64,000 nt of DNA. Source: an uncultured delta proteobacterium. Its GTDB lineage: Bacteria > Myxococcota > Myxococcia > Myxococcales > Myxococcaceae. Shown here piece after piece: positions 23,394-33,942 of the stretch (its first letter is position 1; each line of letters opens with the position of its first letter). A model generated the notes under the pieces. The model did not search any database. It was not told where the DNA came from and worked only from the letters and a program-made list of their open reading frames with translations. The position numbers were made by a program, and so were the translations under genes. The stretch covers positions 288,001-352,000 of the forward strand of contig CAVYSY010000026.1 in the NCBI GenBank assembly GCA_963771175.1. Reading direction: 5' to 3'.

Positions 23394-23900
23394 TCAGTAC
23401 TCGTACTCGTACAGCACCTCGACGGTGATCACCTTGCGGGCCTGGTGGAAGACGAGCGTGTAGAAGTCGCCGAAATTGTAGTAGTCGGGCGCGCTCATGT
23501 AGGACCAGGAGGCCTTGCTGACGGTGTAGCTCGTGTCGGAGGTGCCGACGAAGGCGCGGATCTCCGGAGGGAGCTCCTCGTAGGACTTGCCGGCCATATC
23601 CGAGAGGAACTGAGCCTGGGTGATGGACGAGCCCGCGGTCGAGTACTCCCGGATTCCGAGGTGGTCGAACGCGAACCAGGTGGCGTCCTCCTGGGAGATG
23701 GTGCCGGAGATGGGCCAGAGCACGTCGAAGGCGGTCACGGTCAGCGTGGTGCAGTAGTAGCACTGGGGCTGGATGGTGGTGACCGTGGAGGCGAGCTGCG
23801 AGCTGAGGGGAGTCTCCTGCAACTCCACCTGGGCCTGAGCGGGGGACGCGAAGACAAACACACAGGCCAGTGCGGCGAGGACGGGAACAAGGCGCTTCAT
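23394..23900 (-). CDS. Hypothetical secreted protein
   Basis: Signal peptide MKRLVPVLAALACVFVFASPAQA; GC3-rich codons; CYYC motif. Confidence 0.7.
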   Translation of the reverse strand: MKRLVPVLAALACVFVFASPAQAQVELQETPLSSQLASTVTTIQPQCYYCTTLTVTAFDVLWPISGTISQEDATWFAFDHLGIREYSTAGSSITQAQFLSDMAGKSYEELPPEIRAFVGTSDTSYTVSKASWSYMSAPDYYNFGDFYTLVFHQARKVITVEVLYEYEY

Positions 23901-24024
23901 GAGAGACCTCTTGGGGAACGGGCTTCGCCAGGAAACCCGGTTTGGGGGTCTCCACCTTTGCCCGAGATTGTCTGGCCGTTTCAAGTGACGGTTTCGTGCT
24001 ACCGCCGAAATGAGCCCTCACCTC

Positions 24025-25002
24025 TCAGCGAGCCGCCGCCACCTTCTCCGCTTCGAGGACGAGCGCATCCACCCACGGGGGCAACCGCGCCCAGCCCGCG
24101 GTGTGCTCGGTGCGTGCATAGAACCCACCGCCCTCCCCGCGTGCCACGAGGAGCTGGCCGATGCCCTTGTCTCCTCGCCGGTACTCCACGCGGAACACCT
24201 CGCGAGGAGGACCACCGGGCGGCTCCTCCCCTCGGCCCAGCAGGTCCGTCGGGTTCACCGCGAGCAGCCACACCCGCTCGTGCCACCTGCGGGCCGTCTC
24301 GGCTGGTGAGTCCGGTGCATCCTGGGGCACGAGCTCCGCCGCACGCTGCGACCGCGTGCGGACGAGGAAGGTGCGCGCGTTGCCCCCCTGGGTGACGGTG
24401 AGGGCGTCGTACTCGCTGGCCTCGAAGGTGTGCAGCGAGCGGTCCACCAGCCGGTGGGCGGCGTTCTCCAGGTCAGGTAGCAACCAGGGGCCGAGCAGGA
24501 AGACGCTCCCGTCCGCCTCGCGCCGCAAGTATGGGCTGCCCCAACCCAGCGAAGCACCCGCCAGGGAGAAGGTGTGCTCGCCCGTGGAGAGCTTCACCGC
24601 CAGCATCCGGGGGCTGTCCTTCAACCCCACTTCGGCGAGCGTCTCCGCGTCCAGCACTCCCAGTCCTCGCGTGGCCCGCAGCGGGGCGAAGCGGGCGAAG
24701 AGATTCTCCGCCGTCTCGTTGGCACGCAGCACTCGTGGAGGAGGTGGCACCGAAGACGATGGCACGGCCCCCGGCTTCGTCCCCAGCCGCAGCCACAGCG
24801 CGCCGCCCTCGGAGCCCTCGCGGAACAGCTCCACCCAGCCAGCCGGGTCCTCGTAGCGCACGCGCTCCAGCAATTGATTCGGCGCGTCCACCACCACCAC
24901 CTCGCCGGGAGCGCCCTCGGGCTCCCGCTGCCAGACGAAGAAGGCCGTGGCCAGTCCCACCGCCGCCAGCGCCCCCTGGAGCGCCACGCCCCGAGCCATC
25001 AT
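24025..25002 (-). CDS. DUF4340-like membrane-anchored protein
   Basis: N-terminal TM helix; last gene of the GldAFG-like ABC operon with overlapping start/stop. Confidence 0.65.
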   Translation of the reverse strand: MMARGVALQGALAAVGLATAFFVWQREPEGAPGEVVVVDAPNQLLERVRYEDPAGWVELFREGSEGGALWLRLGTKPGAVPSSSVPPPPRVLRANETAENLFARFAPLRATRGLGVLDAETLAEVGLKDSPRMLAVKLSTGEHTFSLAGASLGWGSPYLRREADGSVFLLGPWLLPDLENAAHRLVDRSLHTFEASEYDALTVTQGGNARTFLVRTRSQRAAELVPQDAPDSPAETARRWHERVWLLAVNPTDLLGRGEEPPGGPPREVFRVEYRRGDKGIGQLLVARGEGGGFYARTEHTAGWARLPPWVDALVLEAEKVAAAR

Positions 25003-26867
25003 CGCGCACCGCCTCCCTCATGAGAGGACGGGGGCGCGCGCCGCCGAGGCCGGCGTCGCGTCACGAGGAAGCCCACCCCCAGCACCATCGCGGGCCCGAG
25101 AAAGACGGCCGAGTAGAACCACACCACGTCCTGCTGGCGGGAGTGCTGCACGGGCACGTCCTCCTCGTTGGACACCTCGCCCGCCAGCTCCTCCTCGCCG
25201 AGCAGCCAGAGCACCGAGTCCATCGCCAGATAGGGGTTGCCGTAGGCGCGCAGGACTCCATCGGTCAGCACGTCCGAGTCGCCCATGGCCACCACGCGCA
25301 CGGGCGAGGCGCCCCCGGTCCCCGCCTTCTCCACCGCCACCACCAGGGGCCAGGCGCGCCGGACTTCCCCCTCGTCCGGAGTGAAGTCGTGGTTGGCATC
25401 CTGGAAGGTCTCCCCGAGGGCCCGCACCGACACGTCGTGCGTCACCCCCCGAGGCAGGGGCTGCACCGACTCCAGCGCCGCCGCGCCCTGGAAGACGACC
25501 GCCGCCTCGCTGCCCAACGTCGTCAGCGTCCCGACCGAGGGGTGCGAGGAGAAGCTCGCCGTCCCCAGGTTGGCCCGATCGCTCTGCTGGTGGGTCGTGC
25601 GCAGGTAGCGCTGATCATTCGCCAGGGGGACGCGCAACAGCTTCAACCCCAGTGGCTCCAGCACTGACTCCAGGTCGGGCCCGTCCGGCTCCAGCGCGAG
25701 CCACAGCCGTCCACCCCGCTCCTGGTACCGCCTCAACGCGGCGAGCTCCTCCGCGAGGAAGTCGCGCTCGGGCCCCACCACCGCCACCACCGCCGCGTCG
25801 CGAGGCACCTCGGTGCCAAGTCCCTCGGCGACGCCCAGCGAGCGCACCTCCACGTTCAGCACGCGCAGCCAGTCCTCGAGCTGCGACAGGCCGGGCCGCG
25901 CCTTCTCCCGCGCCGTGGCCATCTGGGGCTGCACGCCCCGCTCACCATGGCCGGCCGTGAGGTACAGCACCCGCCTCGGCCGAGACACCACCCGCAGCCG
26001 CCGGTACACGTCCTCGTCCAGCCGCTGCAGTTGCCCTCGGGCGCGCTCCAGCTCCAGCGGCACCTTCAGCCGCTCCTGGCGCGGGCCCCGGCTGAACACC
26101 ACGGAGCCGTTCTCGCTCACGCCCAGCGCCTTCGCCCGCGCCGGCTCCACCGCCTGATCCAGCACCTCCACCTTCAGCAGGCCGGACTCCCGGGCCAGCT
26201 CGCGGAAGTACTGCTCCAGCGCCTGCCTCACGTCATTGGCGGGCGGAAAGAAGAGCGTCACCTCCACCGGCTCGTAGAGGCTGTGCGCCAGCTTGCGCGT
26301 GGCCTCTCCCGGCCGGGCGGTGCGGAAGTACGCCAGGTCCCACGAGACGTCCGCCTGCGTCGCCACGAACATGGCCGAGAAGGCGAAGACGAGCGCGAAG
26401 GCCAGCCCCAGCCCCGAGTGGAGCGCGGCACGCACCCTCCCCGTCTCCAGCACCGGCCCTCGCGCCATGGCCGCCACCGCCAGCTCCACCAGCGCGAGCG
26501 GCAGCAGCGTGGAGGCAATCAGAGCGGGGAAGAGCGCGGCCAGCACCACCGCGACGCGAGGCGCCTGCTTCTTCAGCGACATGCCCAGCACGGACGTCCC
26601 CGCGTCCGACTGGAGGAAGTAGAGCACCAGCCCCAGCCCCCCCAGCAGGAAGAGGCCGAGCAGCCAGCGCTCCAGCACCCGCCAGTCGCCCGCGGTGCGC
26701 AACACCCGCGCCACGCGCCACACCCCCGCGAGCACCACCAGCGCCAGCCCGAAGCCGCTCAGCACGAGCCGCTCCAGGCCCGCGCCCGCCACGCGCTCGC
26801 CGAGGAAGACGACCACCAGACCCGCCACATACAGCACGGACACCCAGGGGTTGGGCCGGAGGCTCAC
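24999..26867 (-). CDS. GldG-like ABC transporter auxiliary component
   Basis: Multiple N-terminal TMs, YLTAGHGE, VVGPERD, GDSD, C-terminal TM. Confidence 0.8.
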   Translation of the reverse strand: MSLRPNPWVSVLYVAGLVVVFLGERVAGAGLERLVLSGFGLALVVLAGVWRVARVLRTAGDWRVLERWLLGLFLLGGLGLVLYFLQSDAGTSVLGMSLKKQAPRVAVVLAALFPALIASTLLPLALVELAVAAMARGPVLETGRVRAALHSGLGLAFALVFAFSAMFVATQADVSWDLAYFRTARPGEATRKLAHSLYEPVEVTLFFPPANDVRQALEQYFRELARESGLLKVEVLDQAVEPARAKALGVSENGSVVFSRGPRQERLKVPLELERARGQLQRLDEDVYRRLRVVSRPRRVLYLTAGHGERGVQPQMATAREKARPGLSQLEDWLRVLNVEVRSLGVAEGLGTEVPRDAAVVAVVGPERDFLAEELAALRRYQERGGRLWLALEPDGPDLESVLEPLGLKLLRVPLANDQRYLRTTHQQSDRANLGTASFSSHPSVGTLTTLGSEAAVVFQGAAALESVQPLPRGVTHDVSVRALGETFQDANHDFTPDEGEVRRAWPLVVAVEKAGTGGASPVRVVAMGDSDVLTDGVLRAYGNPYLAMDSVLWLLGEEELAGEVSNEEDVPVQHSRQQDVVWFYSAVFLGPAMVLGVGFLVTRRRPRRRAPPSSHEGGGAR

Positions 26868-27589
26868 CGCCACCTCCGCGCCTCGAGCACCCGCGTAGCG
26901 GCGAGGAGGGCCACGTAGGTGACGAGCAGGTAGTAGACGACGTCGCGCACATGCACCACGCCCGCCTGGAAGGGCTGGAAGTGCTGGTTCCACAGCGCCA
27001 GCGCGCCGAAGACGTCCGAGAGCGGCTGCTCGGTGATGCGGGCCAGCAGCCAGCACGTCAGCAGCGCCACCAGCATGCATCCGGAGAGGACGGCGGCCAG
27101 CACCTGGTTGCGCGCCAGCGCCGAGCCGAACGTGCCGATGGCCAGCGACGCGCTGCCCAGCAGCAGCAGCCCCAGGTAGCCGGCGGCGATGTGGCCCAGG
27201 GACAGCTTGCCGTGCACCATCACCAGCAATGGCATGAACGCCGTGGTCAGCGTCATCAGTGACAGGAAGGCCAGCCCCGAGAGGAACTTGCCCAGGACGA
27301 TCTCGTGGTCCTTCACCGGTGAGGAATACAGCAGGGACAGCGTGCCCGCCTGTCGCTCCTCGGCCAGCAGCCGCATGGAGATGAAGACCGAGGCCACCAG
27401 GGTGGTGCCGCTGGAGAAGAAGAAGAAGAGCGAGAGCACCTCCGAGGAGCGCTTGCTCACCCCGCCCAGCGCGTAGGCGTTGAAGAGCAGGCCGTCCACC
27501 GCCATCACCATGGCGATGATGACGTACCCCTGGAAGGTGCGCAGGTAGGCCGCGAGCTCGCGGCGCGCGATGAGCAACGTCCGCATCAT
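26864..27589 (-). CDS. ABC-2 type permease (GldF-like)
   Basis: IARREL, MRLLAEERQAGTL, IVLGKFL, about 6 TM segments. Confidence 0.88.
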   Translation of the reverse strand: MMRTLLIARRELAAYLRTFQGYVIIAMVMAVDGLLFNAYALGGVSKRSSEVLSLFFFFSSGTTLVASVFISMRLLAEERQAGTLSLLYSSPVKDHEIVLGKFLSGLAFLSLMTLTTAFMPLLVMVHGKLSLGHIAAGYLGLLLLGSASLAIGTFGSALARNQVLAAVLSGCMLVALLTCWLLARITEQPLSDVFGALALWNQHFQPFQAGVVHVRDVVYYLLVTYVALLAATRVLEARRWR

Positions 27590-28519
27590 GACGCCCCCTC
27601 CTCCGTGCCATGGGTGAGCCGCAGGAAGAGGGACTCGAGCTTCTCCGCGCCCCGGTCCAACCGGAGCAACTCCAGGCCCGCGCCCACCACCGCCTGAGCC
27701 ACCCTCGGCCGCTGCTCCGCCGGAGCCTCCACCCGGAGCGTCACCACGCCGTCCGCCTCGCCCAGCACCCGCACCGGACCCATGCCCCCGAGCACCGCCA
27801 GCACCCGCTCGCGCTCGCCTCTCACCTCCGCCTCGATGAACCCACCGCCGCCCAGCCGCTGGCCCAATTCCTCCTCCGTCCCCTGCGCGACGAGCTCCCC
27901 GTCCTTGATGACCAGGAGCCGGTCACACGTCTGGCTGATCTCCGACAGGATGTGACTGGAGACGAGCACCGTGTGCGCCCCTCGCAGCCCGCGGATGAGC
28001 GAGCGCATCTCGACGATCTGCCGGGGATCCAACCCGCTGCTCGGCTCGTCGAGGATGAGCAGCGCCGGCCGGTGCACGAGCGCCTGCGCCACCCCCACGC
28101 GCTGCCGGTAGCCATGGCTCAGCGAGGAGATGGGCGCGTCGTCCACGTCGCGCAGGCCCGTCTTCTCCTCGGCCTCGGTGACGCGAGCGGACACCTCGCG
28201 CGACGGCACGCCGCGCAGCCTCGCCACGAAGGCCAGGAACTCCCGCACCTCCATCTCGTCGTAGAGCGGCGGCGTGTCCGGCAGGAAGCCGATGCGCTGG
28301 CGCACCTCGTGCGGGTGGCTCACCACGTCGAACCCGTCGATGACGACCCGCCCCGAGGTGGGCAACAGCACGCACCCGAGAATCTTCAGGGTGGTGCTCT
28401 TCCCCGCGCCGTTGAGTCCCAGGAAGCCGATGACCTCGCCCCGCTCGATGCGGAAGGCGAGGTCCCGGATGGCCGCGTGGCTCGCCGTAGTACTTGGTCA
28501 GCCCCTCGACATGAATCAT
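27586..28519 (-). CDS. ABC transporter ATP-binding protein (GldA-like), frameshift near 28480
   Basis: GLNGAGKST Walker A, LSHGYRQRV signature, LILDEP, SSH. Confidence 0.88.
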
Positions 28520-28523
28520 GCGC

Positions 28524-29933
28524 TCAACTGTAGCGGAAGCGGGGGCCCTCGGACGTCTTCCCCAGCGTGAATCGCAAGGTCTGCTCGAGCGAGGGGTGGA
28601 GGAACGTGAAGCCCTGGCGCTCGGCCACCTCCGGGCGCAGGTGGGCGCTGAAGAGGAGCGTCTCGTCCCCCATCTCCCCGAAGAGGGCCCGCACCACCGT
28701 GGCGGGCAGCGGCACCAGCGCCGGCCGGGAGAGCACCTGGCTGAGCGTCCGGGCGAACTCCTCCTGCCGCACGGCGTTCGGCGCCACCGCGTTGACGGGC
28801 CCTCGCATCCCCGGGGTGCGCAGGGCGAAGAGGATGAGGCCGAGGACGTCCTCGAGGGACACCCAGCTCATCCACTGCCGGCCGTCGCCAATCCGACCGC
28901 CAGCCCCGGCCTGGAAGGCGGGCAGCATCTTCGCCAGCGCGCCGCCCCGGGCGCTCAGCACCACGCCCAGGCGCAGGTGCACCACGCGGATGCCGGCCTG
29001 CTCCGCCGCGGCGGTGGCCGCCTCCCACTCGCGGGTGACGTCGGCGAGGAACCCCTCCCCGGACGCACTGGACTCGGTAAGCACCTCGTCGCCCCGGCTG
29101 CCGTAGAAGCCCATGGCCGAGGCGCACACCAGCACCTTGGGCGGGTGCGACAGCCGCGCCAGGGCCTCGCTCAGCACCCGAGTCCCCTCGACGCGGCTGC
29201 GGCGGATGAGGGCCTTGTGCTCCTCCGTCCATCGCCCCTCGCCGATGGGCGCCCCGGCCAGGTGCACCACCGCGTCCACCCCCTCCAGGGCGGCCGTGTC
29301 CATCTCGCCCTGGCCCGGCGCCCAGGCGATGTCCCCGGCCTCGGGCCGCCCGCGCACCAACCGCCGCACCCGGTGTCCCCCTGTCGAAAGGAAGGGCACC
29401 AGCGCACTGCCCACCAGCCCCGACGCGCCGCTCACCGCCACCGTCAGCGGCCCCAGCCCGGCGAAGGCCGCGTGCCGCCGCAGGTCCTCGCGAGTCACCT
29501 CATGCCGGTAGGCGAACATCCGCTCCAGCCGCTGCCGTGTATAGCCGCCGCCGAACACCCGCCCCAGCGGCCCCACCGGCAGCACATACTCCACCTCGTC
29601 CTCCAGCACCGTGCCCCCCGAGGGCTCGTCCCACATGCGGTGGGTGTGGACCCACTTGGAGAAGGGCCCCGACTCCTGCACGTCCTGGAAGAGCGAGCCG
29701 GGGACGTACCGGGTGTGTCGCGCCACCAGGTGCATGGGCACCGGCCCCAGACGTATGCGCACCACCACCCGCGCGCCCTCGCGGATGCCCTCGCCCTGCC
29801 GCTCCACGACCTCGACCTTCTCCCAGGGGGGCTGCAGCCGCTCGAATGCTCCCTCGCGGGCATGCCAGGCGAACACTTCCTCGGCACTCACGGGCATCTG
29901 GCTGCGAGCTTCGAACACCTGCGACTTGCCCAT
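28524..29933 (-). CDS. TIGR01777 family NAD-dependent epimerase with N-terminal SRPBCC domain
   Basis: ERLQPPW and WVHTHR (SRPBCC); SGASGLVG, HLAGA, GDGRQWMSWV, NAVAP. Confidence 0.88.
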   Translation of the reverse strand: MGKSQVFEARSQMPVSAEEVFAWHAREGAFERLQPPWEKVEVVERQGEGIREGARVVVRIRLGPVPMHLVARHTRYVPGSLFQDVQESGPFSKWVHTHRMWDEPSGGTVLEDEVEYVLPVGPLGRVFGGGYTRQRLERMFAYRHEVTREDLRRHAAFAGLGPLTVAVSGASGLVGSALVPFLSTGGHRVRRLVRGRPEAGDIAWAPGQGEMDTAALEGVDAVVHLAGAPIGEGRWTEEHKALIRRSRVEGTRVLSEALARLSHPPKVLVCASAMGFYGSRGDEVLTESSASGEGFLADVTREWEAATAAAEQAGIRVVHLRLGVVLSARGGALAKMLPAFQAGAGGRIGDGRQWMSWVSLEDVLGLILFALRTPGMRGPVNAVAPNAVRQEEFARTLSQVLSRPALVPLPATVVRALFGEMGDETLLFSAHLRPEVAERQGFTFLHPSLEQTLRFTLGKTSEGPRFRYS

Positions 29934-29967
29934 TGTCCCCTCCGAGCGCCAGATTGCGTCCCCAGGA

Positions 29968-30933
29968 ATGCTTACTCCGGACCTTCTCGCCCAGGCAGTG
30001 GAAACGTTGCGACGCGGCGGCGTCATCGCCTTGCCGACGGAGACCGTCTACGGACTGGCGGCCAACGCCGAGGACGAGCTGGCCGTGCGCCGCGTCTTCG
30101 CCATCAAGGGACGCCCCGCCACCCATCCCCTCATCGTCCACGTGGCCCGCGCCGAGGAGCTCTCCTCCTGGGCCCGCCACGTCCCCGAGGAGGCCCGGCG
30201 ACTCGCGGCGGCCTTCTGGCCGGGGCCCCTCACGCTCGTGCTGCCGCGCAGCGCGCGCGCCACGGACGCCGTCACCGGAGGACAGGACACGGTGGCGGTG
30301 CGAGTGCCCCATCACCCCATCGCCCTGGCCGTGCTGGATGCCCTGGGCGGCGGCGTGGCCGCGCCGAGCGCCAACCGCTTCGGCAAGGTGAGTCCCACCA
30401 CGGCGGAGCACGTCCGGGCGGACCTGGGGGACGAGGTGGACCTCATCCTCGACGGCGGCCCGTGCACGGTGGGCCTGGAGTCCACCATCGTTGATTTGAG
30501 CGGCAAGGAGCCGGCGGTGCTGCGCCCCGGGGGCCTGGCGGTGGAGGAGCTCGAGCGCGTCCTGGGGCGAGAGGTGCCGGTACGCACCTCATCCACGGTG
30601 CGAGTCTCGGGCAGCCTCTCCTCGCACTACGCGCCTCGGGCGGGAGTGGTGCTCGCCGAGCTCGCGGACGTGGGCCCGCGCGTGGAGGCTCTGCGCGCCC
30701 AGGGTCAGAGCGTGGGAGTCCTGGGCCCTCCGAGCCTCCCCCTACCCCCGGGAGTGCCCCGCTACGACGTCCCGGAGGACCCGGCCGGCGCGGCGCGCGT
30801 CCTCTACCTGCGGCTGCGCGAGGCGGACCAGCGCGGCCATGACGTGCTGGTGGCCTGCCTCCCGCGCGCGCAGGGCCTGGGCGTCGCCGTACGCGACCGG
30901 CTCGCCCGCGCCGCCGCCCCCCGCCCCGGTTGA
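29968..30933 (+). CDS. tsaC: L-threonylcarbamoyladenylate synthase (Sua5/TsaC)
   Basis: PTETVYGL, KGRP..PLIVH, WPGPLT, APSAN, HYAP. Confidence 0.93.
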   Translation: MLTPDLLAQAVETLRRGGVIALPTETVYGLAANAEDELAVRRVFAIKGRPATHPLIVHVARAEELSSWARHVPEEARRLAAAFWPGPLTLVLPRSARATDAVTGGQDTVAVRVPHHPIALAVLDALGGGVAAPSANRFGKVSPTTAEHVRADLGDEVDLILDGGPCTVGLESTIVDLSGKEPAVLRPGGLAVEELERVLGREVPVRTSSTVRVSGSLSSHYAPRAGVVLAELADVGPRVEALRAQGQSVGVLGPPSLPLPPGVPRYDVPEDPAGAARVLYLRLREADQRGHDVLVACLPRAQGLGVAVRDRLARAAAPRPG

Positions 30934-31011
30934 ATCCACGGCAACTCTGGGCTCTCGCGGCCCGTACAGGCGCCCATCGGCCATGGGCGGGTTCTGTTAC
31001 GCCGCCCCACC

Positions 31012-31763
31012 TTGGAGGTGGTGCGCGTGAGCGAGGCCGGCACGGGTGGGCACAGGGAGGAGCAGGAGCGGCGCCTGCTGCATGACTCGCCGGAGCAACA
31101 CCTGCCCCGGGTGGGAATGGAGGTGGCGGGCTACCGGCTGGAGAGGTGGTTGGGCACCGGTGGCCAGGGCACCGTGTTCCGCGCCCGACGCGAGGGCCGG
31201 CTGTACGCGGTGAAGTTCATCTTCCTGCCGCGCTCGGCGCACTGGGCCTGGCGCGAGCTGGACGTCATGGTGAAGCTGTGGCGCGGCGGGAGCGCGAGCG
31301 GGCCGAGCGCTGCGAGGCGGAACTGGCCGCGCGCCCCCGGGCGGAAGGGCAACGCCCTGAGGGCCTCACGGGCCTGTTCGACGCCGGGCTGGTGGGTGAG
31401 GGCCGGGGCGTCGAGGCGCGAAACCTGGAGAAGGACATCACCCAGCGCCCGGATGAACCCCTCCACGCGTGGGGCACCTACAGCTACCGCGCAAGTGAGC
31501 GGCTGGCGGTGGAGCTGGAGGTGGAGAACACGGGCCCCCAGCCCTGGACGATGGACGAGAAGGCGGATCTGGTGAGCACGGAGGGCGCGCGGCTGCGCGT
31601 TCTGGGTGTCTGGCCGCGCGAGCCCCTCGCTCCGGGACATGCGCGCCGGCTCTTCGTGGAGGCGGAGGCCACGGAGGCACAGGCCCGGGGCACCTTCCGG
31701 CTCGTTCTGGGAGAAGCGGGAGGAGCGCGGACCCTCACCGTGCGCGGTGTGACCTTCCCCTGA
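31012..31763 (+). pseudogene. Deletion remnant: Ser/Thr kinase N-lobe fragment joined out of frame to a DUF2381-like C-terminal fragment
   Basis: YRLERWLGTGGQGTVF..YAVK (kinase subdomains I-II) breaks off near 31285; then GLTGL..RLAVELEVEN..RTLTVRGVTFP* in another frame. Confidence 0.65.
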
Positions 31764-31789
31764 ATCGGACGGTCCGGCGCCCCGCTTCG

Positions 31790-32509
31790 TCACCCTGGAG
31801 AGAAGGGCTGCAAGGGACCCAGCAGCCCCGCCTCTTTCAGCAGGCCGTGGACGCGGGCGGCCAGCGCGACGTGCTCCGGGTTGGAGGCGGTGAACCTCTC
31901 GGGGGTGAGGACGACGAGCGTCCCCTTGTCCTCCACGGGCTCCACACGCACGGGGGCCGGCAGTGGGGGCACGGCGCCTCGCTGCCGCGAGAAGTACATC
32001 ACCCATCCCACGAAAGTGTCTGTCGCAGGGCTCTCTGTCACGCTGTCGCGGTGCTCATGCGACGCCACCACGCCCCATTCCGGCTCCCAGGCCAGGGCCA
32101 TGGCGCGCAACACCTCGGTCATGACGGGAGCGGTCAGTACCCGCTCCCCGATGGAACCGCTGTCGTAGGGCTCGAGCACGCAGGAGGATGGAAGCCAGAC
32201 ATCAGCAGAACCGCACGACACATCGACGGCGGACGTTTCCCGAGGGTTGTCGCCTGCCCACAGGCTGAACAAAAAGCCATCGAAGATCCGATGCTTCTTC
32301 TGGCCGAACAGCTTCAGGAAGCTCGCGGCGTCCGTGTCGAGCTGGCGTTTGCGTGCTTCCTCGAAGGAGCCAGCCGTCTGATGCCAGTGATTCCACGCCG
32401 GGTCGCAGCGACCCAGGAGTTGGAAGAAGCGCTCCGCCCGGTATGCGCAAGCCTCTGCGGATTCGGACCGGGCCAGCCAGTAGGCCCCAGCGTAGTAGGT
32501 CTCTTTCAT
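31790..32509 (-). CDS. Immunity protein, Imm52 family
   Basis: YYAGAYW, MALAWEPEWG, VGWVMY, PPLPAPVRVEPVEDKGTLVVLT; downstream of a Tox-REase-5 toxin. Confidence 0.8.
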   Translation of the reverse strand: MKETYYAGAYWLARSESAEACAYRAERFFQLLGRCDPAWNHWHQTAGSFEEARKRQLDTDAASFLKLFGQKKHRIFDGFLFSLWAGDNPRETSAVDVSCGSADVWLPSSCVLEPYDSGSIGERVLTAPVMTEVLRAMALAWEPEWGVVASHEHRDSVTESPATDTFVGWVMYFSRQRGAVPPLPAPVRVEPVEDKGTLVVLTPERFTASNPEHVALAARVHGLLKEAGLLGPLQPFSPG

Positions 32510-32523
32510 CGAACGTCTCCTCC

Positions 32524-33942
32524 TTACGACGCCGGGGAAATATGGACGACCTCAATCTTCAGGCGCGCCCCCTCAAACATCTTCTTGAGCGCACCCGCGA
32601 GTTTCTCCTCCGCCACGATCCACCGGATGGGCGTTCCCCGGGCGGCCCTGACCTGGCGCTTCGCCTGATCGAGCATCTGGTCACGGCCCTTGAAGAATCT
32701 GACAAAGTTCAGCTCGTCATCAATGAACGTCGCATAACCGGTGCCCTTGGCCTCGAGCAGGACGCCCTGGTCGGAGCCGTCGAAGTCCACCTTCTCGCCT
32801 CCCACCTTGACGCGGTAGGCGTAGCCCTTGGGGGCCCCCGTCACCTGTGCCTGGTAGTTCCGGGCGCTCTCGGACATGGACTCCTCCACCTGCACCCATT
32901 GACCCGGGCCTCCGGAGGGTGGCGGCGGGGCCTGCCCGCCCCCATGTCCTCGCGCCACCATGGCCACCGCCGTGGGGGCGAGCACGAGGGTGACGCCTTC
33001 GGCCCCCAGGGCCACCGACTCCACCTCCGCCAGGGCCCCCGCCGAATAGCGGATGCCAAGCTGGGCCTCGGCCATCACCGCCGCCTGTCCGGCCCCTGGC
33101 AGCGTGGGCATCGCCGCAGCCATTCCCCCCGCCGTGTTCCCCACCGCCACCGTCGCCAGCATCACGAATGCTCGCGCCGCCTTCTCCCCCATCACCCCCC
33201 CGAATTTCTCCCCGGCCTCCTCTATCTCCTCGAAGGAGGTGGCCTCGTCCACCTCCTCCATCAGCACCAGCCAGCCCTCGATGAGCTTCCACACCGTGTC
33301 CCACCCCAGGTACGCCACCGCGCCCACCGTCATCAGCACGGCCACGCTCTTCGAGACGGGCTCGGGTAGCGCCAACAAAACCGCATACATCGTCAGGGCA
33401 CCGACCACCGTGGCGACCACCGCCGTGGGACTCACCAGGAGCCCGAGCTCTTCCTTCATGGCACCCAGCACCGAGCCATGGGCGATGGCCATGGCCAGGG
33501 CGTACCTGCCGTCGCCATCCAGCACGGGGCCGTCCACCAGCAGGCGCAGGCAATCTCCCGGTTCCCACGTCCGCTCGCACCACAGCAGGTAGCGGCGGCT
33601 CAACTCCACGTCCGCGGGCGATATCCCCTGCTGCTGGCGCTCCTCCTCACCCAGCAGCGTCAGCCGTCGGCCCCTGCCCTCGTACCGGAACCAGCCACTT
33701 CGCTCGGGAACACCGAACAACCGCCGGGCGTACTCCAGCGTCCGAGCAGCGGGCGGCACGGTGCGGGCGTGCTCCACCATGGCTTGCTTGAACTCGTCTT
33801 CGCCCAGCTCCACCGGCGCCATACCCTGGCGCGGGATGTGAACGATGGGGGAGCCCTGACCCGTGTCGAGACGGACGACCTTCGTTGCGCCGCCACACCC
33901 CGCGAGGAACGCGAACAGCAGCGGAATCATCCAGCGTGGCAT
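32524..33942 (-). CDS. Polymorphic lipoprotein toxin, SitA5-like N-terminus with C-terminal Tox-REase-5 nuclease
   Basis: Lipobox LAG-C, VRLDTGQG, hydrophobic middle region, YQAQVTG..FDG..LLEAKG PD-(D/E)xK motif, QAKRQ. Confidence 0.8.
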   Translation of the reverse strand: MPRWMIPLLFAFLAGCGGATKVVRLDTGQGSPIVHIPRQGMAPVELGEDEFKQAMVEHARTVPPAARTLEYARRLFGVPERSGWFRYEGRGRRLTLLGEEERQQQGISPADVELSRRYLLWCERTWEPGDCLRLLVDGPVLDGDGRYALAMAIAHGSVLGAMKEELGLLVSPTAVVATVVGALTMYAVLLALPEPVSKSVAVLMTVGAVAYLGWDTVWKLIEGWLVLMEEVDEATSFEEIEEAGEKFGGVMGEKAARAFVMLATVAVGNTAGGMAAAMPTLPGAGQAAVMAEAQLGIRYSAGALAEVESVALGAEGVTLVLAPTAVAMVARGHGGGQAPPPPSGGPGQWVQVEESMSESARNYQAQVTGAPKGYAYRVKVGGEKVDFDGSDQGVLLEAKGTGYATFIDDELNFVRFFKGRDQMLDQAKRQVRAARGTPIRWIVAEEKLAGALKKMFEGARLKIEVVHISPAS

